Shown: positions 1 through 9,824 of the stretch, piece after piece
Layout of the letters: each line of letters opens with the position of its first letter
How positions within the stretch are numbered: the stretch's first letter is position 1
Source of the DNA: Raphidiopsis brookii D9
Lineage (GTDB): Bacteria > Cyanobacteriota > Cyanobacteriia > Cyanobacteriales > Nostocaceae
DNA length: 32,000 nucleotides
Direction: 5' to 3'
NCBI GenBank assembly: GCA_000175855.1
Contig: ACYB01000036.1
Span: 1 to 32,000, forward strand
Made by a program: the position numbers and the translations under genes
The notes under the pieces: generated by a model
Told to the model about the DNA's origin: nothing
Database searches by the model: none
What the model saw: the letters and a program-made list of their open reading frames with translations, nothing else

Positions 1-2203
1 TAAAACATTTTTGTACATTTTTCTTGGGGGTAAAAGGGAATTCCCAATTTTTTGGTCATCGTCAAAAGGACAATCCACATCCAAACCTGTATCAACAATT
101 TTCTTGCAAATTCCCTCTTTTAAAACATAGTTTTTTTGTGGGTCTTCTCGATATTCGGCGATGAGATCTCGTAAACTTACTAATTCCTTATATAGACCTG
201 CTCGACCATAAGGTGGCACATTATGAGAAATCAACACCCCATAACCACGACGTTTAGCCAAAATTGATTCGGAGGGATTATTAGCAGCATAGATATATAA
301 ATTTGGTAAATTTCCTAAAAGAATATCTGACCAAGAATAACCCGTATTCCCTAAAGGAGAACCTGGTAACCATTCCACCGTACCATGCATACCAAAATGC
401 ACCACCGCATCCGCTTGAAATTCATTTTGTAACCATTTATAATATGCTGCATATTGGGGATGGGGTGTTAGGTCTCTTTCGAACATTAACCGCATGGGAT
501 CCCCTTGAATCCCTAAAGGTGGTTGAATGCCAATCCAAATATTTCCTAATTGCACACCACCAATATGTAATTCATCTCCATAGGTTTTAATTCCTGCACC
601 GGTCAAAGATTGCCATTGTTTTTCAATTCGGGAAGTGCGAAGATAACCTAACCACTTTTCTAAGGTTTTGACATTCACTGTATTAGTTTTAGTGGGGAAG
701 GGTTTATTTTTTTCCCAGGTTTCCAATTCTTCATCTACCACTTTTACTTGTCTAATTAACTCTTCTCCATCTTGGGGAATTTCACCCACTGTATAACCCT
801 GCTCTTTGAGTGCATGAAGTAGTTTAATCAAACTGCGAGGAACATTTAATAATGCAGCAGTTCCTACCGCACCATAACCGGGAGGAAAACCATAAAGAAT
901 AATGGCAATTTTTCTTGCTGATGTTGGTTTTCGACTTAGAGCAACCCAGTTGCTCACCCTATCAATTAATCTTTGCACTCGCTCAGGTACTAAGTATATA
1001 TTTTCCCCCACTAGTCCACCTAGGGGAACTGTGTCAATTGCTCCATCTAGTTCCGGTAAGGCATATAAAACTACACTTTGTAAACCTCCAATGCCTTGAC
1101 GAGTCCAAGAGTAAATATCTTGAATTAGTAGGGGTGCAGCTACAATGTAGGGGATGTTCTTAGCCATAAGAATACGTTTGGCCACTTCTACTTGTCTTCC
1201 CGCTTCCATGGAACCAGCTGGTCCACCCACTAGGGGAAATCCAATGGTGGAAACTAGGATATCCACTTTTACTGCTTCGGTAGATAGTGAGGGTGTTTCT
1301 ATATTTCCCTTTTGTCTCTCTTTCCTTTCATAATCCGTTGTCATCCAATCACGAACCGCCACATGACCCTCTACACCGTTAATGAAAATAGGTAGGGGAA
1401 TTAAACCTGAATTTTCAAATTTTTTAATTAGTTGAGGAATATAATTTTGTTTAGTAATAACGTGCTTTCTATACAGTAAGATGGCAACAACAGGTTTTTC
1501 TTGGATGTGTCCATCCCCCCTCCCCCCATACCATTCTAGATATGCTCTCGCTGACAGAAAAAAACCTGGGTAGTCTGGGTGTAATAAACCCATATTAGGT
1601 GTTTCTATAGGTTCGGGAATATTCTCTACTTTCAAACCTAAATATTTTTCCGCCAGGATCCAAAATAAAAGCTGCTACATTTTCCTTCCCACCCGCATTC
1701 CAGTAACCGTAGATAATTAACCAATTGCGCAGATCTTGAACTTTTTGTACGGGGACAAATTTTAATAGTTTGGGCCCTAGCTTGAGGAAACTAATATAAC
1801 CAGCAAGTTTGTCTTCTTCTTTACCATTGCTGAATTTATCCAGGATGAACTTAATTGGTTTTGGCATCCCCGCAGGTTTGTCACCTATGGAAAACTTACC
1901 TATTTGGGTCAAACTCATTAATTCTAACGCTGACTCAAAAACTAGTCGGATGGGAATATGACTAACATGCTCCCTTAACCACAAAACTTGATCATAGTCA
2001 AAAATTAAACTGCCAAAAAATACATCCGCATTTTTAAGTGCATTTTTAATCTCTTCTTGGTTTGTACTAATATTGCGATCGCTAAATACATGAATATCTA
2101 GATCAGAACAGCGAGAACTAGCCAAAAGAGCTGCTTTTCTGTATAAGTCAGCATTAAAAGATTCAAACCCAGCAATTAAGACAATCCGTTTCATGCTATC
2201 CAA
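1..2203 (-). pseudogene. Magnesium-chelatase subunit H (ChlH/BchH)-like, CobN family paralog; partial at window start, apparent single-base frameshift near 1651-1662
   Basis: ORF 1595..2203 gives a ChlH-like N-terminus (...DVFFGSLIFDYDQV...KLLKFVPVQKVQDLRNWLIIYGYWNAGGKENVAAFIL). Shifting frame at the GGATCC near 1657-1662 restores ...LAEKYLGLKVENIPEPIETPNMGLLHPDYPGFFLSARAYLEWYGG..., and that frame has no stop down to position 1. Confidence 0.82.
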
Positions 2204-2323
2204 ACTCTTATATTTATTAAATATTTACCTTGATCTTAAACATTCTTAGCTGGTTTCGGGAGAATATCTATCATGGGAGTGAGTTATATTGGATTAGTTG
2301 AACCACTAATCTTATCATAATTC

Positions 2324-3283
2324 ATGAAATTTGGCATTGATATAGGTCATAATTGCCCTCCAGACACCGGAGCTGCAGGTATTAGGTCGGAAGACAAATT
2401 AACCATGGAAGTGGGCAATAAAGTTATCTCTAAGTTAAGAGGTTTAGGTCATCAGGTGATATCTTGCAAACCCGATAGCGCTTCTTCTGTGAGTCAGTCT
2501 CTGGGTAAACGTTGTGATACTGCTAACCGTAATAGAGTTGATGTTTTTGCTTCTATTCATTTTAATGCCTTTAATGGAAAAGCAAATGGCACAGAAGTAC
2601 TTGCTGCAAGTGATGCGGGAAGAAAAATTGCCCAATCCATAGTGAATGAAATTATTAGTTTAGGGTTTTTTAACCGTGGCGTTAAAAATGGATCTCATTT
2701 GTATGTACTGAGAAATACTAATATGACAAGTGTTCTCATAGAATGTTGCTTTGTAGATTCAGCTAAAGATATGCAGCTCTATGACGGGGAAGCAATGGCT
2801 AATGCTATTGTTAAAGGGTTAACTGGCAAACTACCAACCACTCCTGTAAAACCAGTGGAAGATGTAACTGGTGATCAGGATACGAAGGAGAATAAGGATA
2901 CTAGTATTTTGAGACTACAAAAAGCGCTCAATCAACTAAAAATTACTGATAGAAATAATCGGCCATTGACAGAAGATAACTTTACAGGACCTGCGACAAG
3001 TTCTGCTGTAGAAAAGTTTCAAAGAGTTGTGGGTATTATTCCTACAGGAATGGCGACTCAAACTACCTGGGATGCCATCAATCAGATATTGGCAAAACGA
3101 ACGGTTCAGGGGAATCAAACTAGTGGTCCAATTATGAGATATTTACAATATCGTGTGGGTACAACGCCCGATGGTATTTATGGGAGACAAACAGAAGCAG
3201 CAATTAAGAGATATCAACAGCAGAATGGTTTAACCGCTGATGGAATTATTGGTCCTGCAACTTGGGGTAAGTTACTAGGGTAG
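2324..3283 (+). CDS. N-acetylmuramoyl-L-alanine amidase (Amidase_3) with two C-terminal peptidoglycan-binding (PG_binding_1-like) repeats
   Basis: Intact 319-aa ORF; MKFGIDIGHNCPPDTGA..., ASIHFNAFNG, TSVLIECCFVDS; repeats ILRLQKALNQL..GPATSSAVEKFQ and MRYLQYRVGTTPDGIYGRQTEAAIKRYQQQNGLTADGIIGPATWGKL. Confidence 0.9.
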   Translation: MKFGIDIGHNCPPDTGAAGIRSEDKLTMEVGNKVISKLRGLGHQVISCKPDSASSVSQSLGKRCDTANRNRVDVFASIHFNAFNGKANGTEVLAASDAGRKIAQSIVNEIISLGFFNRGVKNGSHLYVLRNTNMTSVLIECCFVDSAKDMQLYDGEAMANAIVKGLTGKLPTTPVKPVEDVTGDQDTKENKDTSILRLQKALNQLKITDRNNRPLTEDNFTGPATSSAVEKFQRVVGIIPTGMATQTTWDAINQILAKRTVQGNQTSGPIMRYLQYRVGTTPDGIYGRQTEAAIKRYQQQNGLTADGIIGPATWGKLLG

Positions 3284-3296
3284 GGATTGATAGAAG

Positions 3297-3332
3297 TTAC
3301 CTGATTAGTTTAGTATAGGACTTATCAGGTAA
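3297..3332. terminator. Inverted repeat between convergent amidase and cas6 genes; possible bidirectional terminator
   Basis: Perfect 9-bp arms TTACCTGAT (3297-3305) and ATCAGGTAA (3324-3332) with an 18-nt loop, overlapping the cas6 stop codon; no clear T-tract. Confidence 0.4.
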
Positions 3333-4107
3333 TAATTCTCACTTCTCCCATGCCCATGGTTGTTTTGCGACCAATACCGGAAAAAAGGGCAAATTTGGCT
3401 AAAATATTAGCTATACGAGCTTGTTGCAGATCTGGAAAAAAATATTTAACCCAGCCCACACAACCTATTTCTCTACGGCTTTCTGTAGAGCTGTTAATTT
3501 TTAAAAACTGGGTTTTTAAATCAAAAGCTAAAGCTAAACTTTGCCATTGAATAGAAGAAAAATGTAGCTCTGGGGGTGCAAAATAGTTCCAACGATGTAG
3601 TAGGGTGTTAAATACCAAGTCTGGTAAAGGGAAAGGTTGAATATTACGATGATGCTGTAAACTAGTGGGAGAAATAAAATTTAGCACGATCTCAGAATTA
3701 AAATTAGCAATATTTGCCAAACTCTCATAATTAGAAATATTGACTAAATTATGAGAATTAGGTACAGTATAAATCCCACGAATGATAAAGGGGAAATTAT
3801 CCAAATAAATAGATGGAGTTTGATACATTTCTATGCCTTGTAACAAAGATTGTATTAAATTACCATTTAACAGAGAAATACGAATCAAAAATCTATCCCC
3901 TAATCTTGTACCATCCTTACGCCGATACCCAATGAGTCCAGATAAACTAAATGATGATTCTTGACTATTGGAAACTGATTCAGCTAGATAGGAATTGCCT
4001 ATACTTAACCACTCTATAAATTGAGCATAAATTGCCTGATTTAGTCTTGTAGGAATGGGTTTTTCACTTGCAGCGCCCAGTTCAATAATTAAACTTTGTA
4101 GAAGCAT
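3325..4107 (-). CDS. cas6: CRISPR-associated endoribonuclease Cas6 (type I-D associated form)
   Basis: 260-aa ORF read on the minus strand; ...FISPTSLQHHRNIQPFPLPDLVFNTLLHRWNYFAP..., REIGCVGWVKYFF, and C-terminal glycine-rich FSGIGRKTTMGMGEVRI typical of Cas6. Confidence 0.88.
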   Translation of the reverse strand: MLLQSLIIELGAASEKPIPTRLNQAIYAQFIEWLSIGNSYLAESVSNSQESSFSLSGLIGYRRKDGTRLGDRFLIRISLLNGNLIQSLLQGIEMYQTPSIYLDNFPFIIRGIYTVPNSHNLVNISNYESLANIANFNSEIVLNFISPTSLQHHRNIQPFPLPDLVFNTLLHRWNYFAPPELHFSSIQWQSLALAFDLKTQFLKINSSTESRREIGCVGWVKYFFPDLQQARIANILAKFALFSGIGRKTTMGMGEVRIIT

Positions 4108-4111
4108 ATTC

Positions 4112-4780
4112 TTAGATCAATATCCCTGTGCTTGCACCATAACCAACTCTCCTAGGTAAGCAGGTTTGATCTGGTAATTGATAGTAATCTCCCGTTAATT
4201 GTGCTTGGCTTAACAAGCTGGAGGGTGACATAAAAATCCTATTATAAAGTAATAATTTGGTGGTTCGAGATAAATCTATGGGGTTCAAAGGATGTTTACT
4301 AACATATTCTCCGGATTTTTGTTTGAAGTCTGAGATAATGCTGGTTTCAACTTTAATTTTTGCTGACCATTTACCCAGTCTAATCCAGTGGGGAATTGTA
4401 ATTTCGTGGGGAGCAAAAACATAGGTTTTAAAGTGACTACCCACCGCTAATTCTTTAACATTGCTATACTGATGATAACAAGGAATTTGGGCAACGGTGT
4501 TAATTTGATATGACCAGGTAATTGGTAAAGCAGGAAAGACATAAATTCCAGCCTGATTTAGATGAAAAAGACTTTGCTCTTGATTGGTATCTAAATAAGT
4601 AAGTTCTGGAACTATTTTACCTGGAAGACGGTAAGAACGAGGAATATAATCTGTTTCAAAAAAGGCAAAACTCAATGCCCAATTGTGCAAATATTTCTCG
4701 GTTTCATACAGAGTACCAATTTCACGATTGGCAAGAAATACATTATCATGTAATCTTAAATCACATTGATAAATCATCAT
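4112..4780 (-). CDS. csc1: Type I-D CRISPR-associated protein Csc1 (Cas5-like)
   Basis: 222-aa ORF directly upstream of cas6 in the same orientation; IYQCDLRLHDNVFLANREIGTLYETEKYLHNWALSFAF is Csc1-like. Confidence 0.85.
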   Translation of the reverse strand: MMIYQCDLRLHDNVFLANREIGTLYETEKYLHNWALSFAFFETDYIPRSYRLPGKIVPELTYLDTNQEQSLFHLNQAGIYVFPALPITWSYQINTVAQIPCYHQYSNVKELAVGSHFKTYVFAPHEITIPHWIRLGKWSAKIKVETSIISDFKQKSGEYVSKHPLNPIDLSRTTKLLLYNRIFMSPSSLLSQAQLTGDYYQLPDQTCLPRRVGYGASTGILI

Positions 4781-4795
4781 AAATTTACTTGAGGT

Positions 4796-5767
4796 TTACG
4801 AGATGTTAATTAATTGATAGTTGCTACTATCTAGACTAATAAAATTTCTTTTTCTAAAAGGTAGATTGGGGATGATTTCTTTGCTTCTTGAAGACCAAGA
4901 ATCACCATAGATTTGAGCATAAATTTTGGTCTGTTGACAAAGTGTGGTCATCACAGTTTTTAATTTGGTCCTATCTTGATAAAGGATGGAAACTTCTGTT
5001 AATAGGTTTATTAATTGTGATCCTGTAATTATCCTAGTCTTGGTTACTGGTTCTTGATTTAAGAGGTTATTGCTCACTTCCGTAGCTTTGGTAATTAGGT
5101 CTGCCAAGGAAGCATTAAGGTTTGATTTCAAAACATCATATAATGCTTGAGTAAAATGAAGATTACTGAATATTTCACCATCACACAATACAATACCAAT
5201 TACATGATTAGACATTCCTATCTGAGGAGAGGTATGCAATAAATTGCCCAAAACATATAAGAAACTTTCAAAAGTAGGATCACACAAGGTTGCTACCGTA
5301 GGAAAGGTAATTTCAGCAATCACATCATTTGATTTAGCGTCACCAAGAGAAAAAGCTGAGTCTGAGTAGACTTTTGCCAGCTCTAGTCCACCTTCATTAC
5401 TAGCAAATCCGTAAATAATACAATTTGGGCATTGTTTACAACAGTTTTCACCATTGTATTCACAAAATTTATCTTTATCCTTGGGGTTATCACTAGCTAA
5501 ACCAAGGGAAAACAATAATTCCCTTCCTACTAATCTTGCTGATGTGGTTTGTTGATGCTTGGGCATTACTAGTCTATTAATCACATCACTAGTTTGTATT
5601 CCTGCTTGTGTGCGTACTGTATTTAACACTCCATCAGGTTGTAATATAGGAAAGCATTGACTATGACGCAACATTACAAAATGGACATATTTACCAGACG
5701 CTAAACGGGGTAAAGCTGTGGAAAATTCTGGTTTGATACTGTCTAAAAAACCATCTGAAAAACTCAT
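4796..5767 (-). CDS. csc2: Type I-D CRISPR-associated protein Csc2 (Cas7-like), apparently internally shortened
   Basis: 323-aa ORF; LASGKYVHFVMLRHSQCFPILQPDGVLNTVRTQAG, CEYNGENCCKQCPNCIIYGF, SDSAFSL, FESFLYVLGNLLHTS, GEIFSNLHFTQALYDVLKS; 15 nt upstream of csc1. Confidence 0.87.
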   Translation of the reverse strand: MSFSDGFLDSIKPEFSTALPRLASGKYVHFVMLRHSQCFPILQPDGVLNTVRTQAGIQTSDVINRLVMPKHQQTTSARLVGRELLFSLGLASDNPKDKDKFCEYNGENCCKQCPNCIIYGFASNEGGLELAKVYSDSAFSLGDAKSNDVIAEITFPTVATLCDPTFESFLYVLGNLLHTSPQIGMSNHVIGIVLCDGEIFSNLHFTQALYDVLKSNLNASLADLITKATEVSNNLLNQEPVTKTRIITGSQLINLLTEVSILYQDRTKLKTVMTTLCQQTKIYAQIYGDSWSSRSKEIIPNLPFRKRNFISLDSSNYQLINIS

Positions 5768-5779
5768 CTTTTTGAATCC

Positions 5780-5872
5780 TTAGTGCTTCTTGACTTTGCA
5801 AACATGCAAATACATCGCAAACTCGTACTCTCCGTCTGGTTTTGAGTATAGGAGCAGTAAATAAATTTTCAT
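5780..5872 (-). other. Short ORF (30 aa) immediately upstream of csc2; possible remnant of an upstream cas gene or fortuitous
   Basis: Manual translation gives MKIYLLLLYSKPDGEYEFAMYLHVCKVKKH*, ending 12 nt before the csc2 ATG, in the position expected for the 3' end of cas10d/csc3 in a canonical I-D operon. No homology established. Confidence 0.2.
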
Positions 5873-6086
5873 TGTAGGGTAAGTGTTTACTCTAGGTATT
5901 TACTTGATGCAACTAATCTAATACTTCCTGATTGGGAGTTGTTATCAAAAAATGACCACATCTCAAAAATTTTTGGGTTTATGGATTAGAAAAATAATGT
6001 TAATTGACATCGTCAAATCAAAACTTTGTTTAACATACAAAAATAGTTTTTAAAAACAAGTGGTAATAAATCCTGAAATTAAGATG

Positions 6087-6092
6087 TATAAT
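6087..6092 (+). promoter_or_regulatory. Candidate -10 box for the WYL regulator
   Basis: TATAAT 17 bp upstream of the TTG at 6109 and 35 bp upstream of the ATG at 6127; no clear -35. Confidence 0.3.
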
Positions 6093-6108
6093 TAGTTCTG
6101 AATAAACA

Positions 6109-7042
6109 TTGTCTATTCCAGTCAAGATGTCATCAAAGAATGCTAGTCCATGGAATCAAATAGGATTCGCACTAGAAATATTGAGACTCCTCGCACAAAA
6201 ATACCCAAAAAAAATCAGAATTAATGCTACTGCTAGGGGAACGGGGTTTTGCAGATGGGGATCTAGGACAAAAGATCACCCGCACCATAACTAAGTTGAG
6301 GAGTTGTGGTTTTGAAATTAAATCAGCGCCAAACCAACCATATAAACTGGTGACATCAGATTTCCCCGTAATTATAACAGAAGAACAACGACAAGCTTTA
6401 GCTATGGCATGTGAATTACTAGCAAGTCTGGGGTTTTCTGCGGAGGCGGGACATATTTACAGAATTGCTAACTCGGAAAATCGCATATCCCACAAACTGA
6501 CAACGGATTTTCACCCACCCACGAATTATAGTGAAGATAAGATTCAGGAAGTAGTACAGGATCTACAAAATCGGATTGGGAAAAAGCGTCGATTTGTTGT
6601 TTGGTATAGAAGCAGAAATGGTAATGATAAACAGTGGGACTTAGACAAGTCGGAATTAAGACTACATAACGGAGTCCTTTATTTATTTAGTATAGTTCCC
6701 AGTTTTATTGGTCAACATATTCACAAGACACCTAATCCAGAGCAGAATTGCACTTTAAGGGTAGACCGTATTGCTAGGGTGGGTTCTTCTTCCCAAATAC
6801 CTTGGACTTACACTAAATTTCCCACTTTGAAAATTCAGTATCGTCTAACAGGGAATTTAGCCAGCTATAAACCGCGTCGTCCCCACGAAAAAATTATTTC
6901 TCCTCCTGATAAGACGGAGCATGTTGATATTGAAACCCAAGAAGATTGTATTTTCTGGTTTCATCAAAGAATTTTACAATATGGCGCTAATGCTAGAGTT
7001 TTACAACCAGATTGGTTAGTAAAATGGTGGTGGAAAGTTTAA
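6109..7042 (+). pseudogene. WYL-domain transcriptional regulator of the type found next to cyanobacterial type I-D cas operons, interrupted by an apparent +1 indel in an A8 run
   Basis: First frame: WNQIGFALEILRLLAQKYPKK. After the A8 run (6207-6214), the frame of the 6224..7042 ORF continues as SELMLLLGERGFADGDLGQKITRTITKLRSCGFEIKSAPNQPYKLVTSDFPVIITEEQRQALAMACELLASLGFSAEA...; A7 would restore one ORF. Divergent from csc2. Confidence 0.8.
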
Positions 7043-7126
7043 ATAAGGCACATAGTAATTATCAATATCAGGTCACGGGGAATAGGTAGCCATATTTCCT
7101 ATTCCCCATTTGCAATCCCTAAAACT

Positions 7127-7696
7127 TCAACGTTTATCTACTACTTGAATGGTTGTTGCTTGTGGTCCTTGCTCTCCCTCTTCTTGGGAAAAATGAACAC
7201 AAGCACCTAGTTTTAATTGATTAAAATCTTGATGTAAAACACTATTTTTATGAAAGTATATTTCCCTCCCATCTAGGGCTTGTAAAAATCCATATCCATC
7301 TTCTTTAAATAGTTTTGTGATAAAACCTGTACTCCCCCGTGTTTCTTCATCTCTATCATATTGCTCACTCGCACGTTGCATTTGGGTAAGTTTAGATAGT
7401 TGATGAACCATGGCATCAAAAGTCTGCCTAATTACTGCATCCAGTGGTTCATATCGAATACTCTCACCGGGATTTTTTTCTGCTACTAGTTCATGACCAG
7501 GAGGAACAGTTAGATCAATTCTTACCCGATAGGGAGAACCGCTCCGAGGACGATCATGGCTTTTTTCTATGGCAATATGACAGCTATTAATGTAATTACA
7601 AATATTTTCCAATTTGGCTATTTTCTCCCGAACCAATTTATCAATTATCTGGGATTTATCTAGGTTACGATAGGTGATTTCTGGTGCAATCTTCAT
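7127..7696 (-). CDS. S30AE/HPF (RaiA-like) domain fused to a C-terminal cold-shock domain
   Basis: 189-aa ORF; N-terminal ITYRNLD...REKIAKLENICNYINSCHIAIE...YRVRIDLTVPPGHELVAEK; C-terminal GFITKLFKEDGYGFLQALDGREIYFHKNSVL..FNQLKLGACVHFS. Confidence 0.8.
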   Translation of the reverse strand: MKIAPEITYRNLDKSQIIDKLVREKIAKLENICNYINSCHIAIEKSHDRPRSGSPYRVRIDLTVPPGHELVAEKNPGESIRYEPLDAVIRQTFDAMVHQLSKLTQMQRASEQYDRDEETRGSTGFITKLFKEDGYGFLQALDGREIYFHKNSVLHQDFNQLKLGACVHFSQEEGEQGPQATTIQVVDKR

Positions 7697-7990
7697 ACTT
7701 TTATCATCCTAACATGTCAAACACCCACTATAGATCTACTTAGTATGATTTCAATCATACCCAGGAAGGAATCTTTACCATTTCTTCTCTACTCAAATGG
7801 AGATCCTAATTTAAATAGGTAATTCCAAGATCCCACCTTTAAGTACCTCCCCGGGAAGAACTATATCTATCATTAGTATATTATTAGTAATGGTTAGTCT
7901 ATTATCACTCCTAAAATGCTAACATACCCTAATGTCAGTACGACTGAAATTTTTCGGTCATGATCACATCAGATCATTAGGAATAATCAA

Positions 7991-9679
7991 ATGGCGGATA
8001 ATTTAAAAAGTCAAGTAGTTACTCAAGGAGTACAACGATCACCTAACCGCGCTATGTTGCGAGCTGTTGGCTTCCAAGATGGGGATTTTAACAAGGCTAT
8101 TGTCGGTATTGCTAATGCTTATAGCACTATCACACCTTGTAATATGGGGATTAATCAACTGGCACAAAGGGCGGAGTCGGCTGTTAAAAATGCTGGTGCT
8201 ATGCCTCAAATTTTCGGTACTATTACTATCAGTGATGGCATCTCTATGGGAACGGAAGGTATGAAATACTCTCTGGTCTCCCGGGAGGTAATCGCTGATT
8301 CTATAGAAACTGCCTGTAGCGGGCAAAGCATGGATGGGGTAATAGCTATTGGGGGCTGTGACAAAAATATGCCAGGCGCTATGCTGGCGATCGCTCGCAT
8401 GAATATACCTGCAATTTTTGTCTATGGTGGGACTATTAAACCCGGACACTACAATGGTAAGGATCTAACAATTGTCAGTTCTTTTGAAGCGGTGGGGGAA
8501 TACAGTGCGGGCAAAATTGATGAGCAAGAGCTTTTGGCAGTAGAACGTCGTGCTTGTCCTGGTGCTGGTTCTTGTGGGGGAATGTACACAGCTAATACCA
8601 TGTCTTCAGCATTTGAAGCTATGGGTATGAGTTTACCCTACTCTTCGACTATGGCTGCTGAAGATGAAGAAAAAGCAGATAGTACAGCAGAATCTGCTTC
8701 TGTACTAGTAGAAGCTATTCGCAAACAAATATTACCCAGACAGATTATTACCCGCCAATCTATAGAAAATGCTATTTCCGTAATTATGGCAGTGGGTGGT
8801 TCAACAAATGCAGTATTACATTTTCTAGCTATTGCTCGCGCTGCTGGTGTAGAACTTACCCTAGATGATTTTGAAACCATCCGGGGTCGGGTTCCAGTTT
8901 TATGTGATTTAAAACCCAGTGGTAAATACGTGGCTACAGACCTACACAAAGCTGGTGGTATTCCCCAAGTCATGAAAATGCTTCTGGTTCATGGTCTCCT
9001 CCATGGTGATTGTCTAACTGTGTCAGGACAAACCATAGAGGAAGTTTTAGCACAAATACCTGATGAACCAGATCCCCAGCAAGATGTAATCCGTCCTTGG
9101 CATAACCCCATGTACCCCCAAGGACACCTAGCTATTCTCAAGGGTAATCTGGCTACGGAAGGCGCAGTGGCTAAAATTACAGGGGTAAAAAACCCGGCAA
9201 TTACTGGACCTGCAAGGGTATTTGAATCGGAAGAAGCCTGTTTAGATGCTATTTTATCTGGTAAGATCCAAGCTGGGGATGTGATTATTATCCGTTATGA
9301 AGGACCTAAAGGCGGACCGGGAATGAGGGAAATGCTTGCTCCTACATCAGCGATTATTGGTGCAGGTTTGGGTGATTCTGTGGGTTTAATTACCGATGGT
9401 AGATTTTCTGGTGGTACTTATGGTATGGTAGTTGGTCATGTTGCTCCAGAAGCAGCTGTGGGCGGAAATATTGCCTTGGTGAAAGAGGGTGATAGTATTA
9501 CTATTGATGCTAATACTAGACTATTACAGGTAAATGTGTCCGATGAGGAACTGGCCCAGCGTCGAGCTAGTTGGCAACCTCTTCCTCCCCGTTATAGTAA
9601 AGGTGTATTAGCAAAGTATGCCAAGCTGGTAGCTTCTAGTAGTATTGGTGCGGTTACTGACTTTGACTTGTTTAATTAA
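7991..9679 (+). CDS. ilvD: Dihydroxy-acid dehydratase
   Basis: 562-aa intact ORF; [66 protein letters not shown]. Confidence 0.97.
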   Translation: MADNLKSQVVTQGVQRSPNRAMLRAVGFQDGDFNKAIVGIANAYSTITPCNMGINQLAQRAESAVKNAGAMPQIFGTITISDGISMGTEGMKYSLVSREVIADSIETACSGQSMDGVIAIGGCDKNMPGAMLAIARMNIPAIFVYGGTIKPGHYNGKDLTIVSSFEAVGEYSAGKIDEQELLAVERRACPGAGSCGGMYTANTMSSAFEAMGMSLPYSSTMAAEDEEKADSTAESASVLVEAIRKQILPRQIITRQSIENAISVIMAVGGSTNAVLHFLAIARAAGVELTLDDFETIRGRVPVLCDLKPSGKYVATDLHKAGGIPQVMKMLLVHGLLHGDCLTVSGQTIEEVLAQIPDEPDPQQDVIRPWHNPMYPQGHLAILKGNLATEGAVAKITGVKNPAITGPARVFESEEACLDAILSGKIQAGDVIIIRYEGPKGGPGMREMLAPTSAIIGAGLGDSVGLITDGRFSGGTYGMVVGHVAPEAAVGGNIALVKEGDSITIDANTRLLQVNVSDEELAQRRASWQPLPPRYSKGVLAKYAKLVASSSIGAVTDFDLFN

Positions 9680-9824
9680 GTTAGGGTAAGTTAGTTAGGT
9701 TAAAACTGACCTTGCTGGTCTAGCAGGATTTCATCAAAAATGAGAACCAACTGCTCTGACTTGGCAGGGTCAAGCAATCGATGTTAAGATAATACTTGTA
9801 CAAATTAGATCATTAGAGACAATT

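Noticed and set aside
303-1163. Plus-strand ORFs 303..590, 902..1099, 915..1163 and minus-style small ORFs in the track
   Set aside because: They are antisense to the open ChlH-like frame and show no family resemblance.
3284-6108. CRISPR array near the cas genes
   Set aside because: No regularly spaced direct repeats found between or beside the cas genes; the gap after cas6 is only about 40 bp and holds a single inverted repeat. Any array must lie elsewhere.
8039-8973. Minus-strand ORFs overlapping ilvD (8039..8449, 8206..8400, 8638..8973)
   Set aside because: Low-complexity antisense translations of a well-supported ilvD; no upstream signals or domain match.
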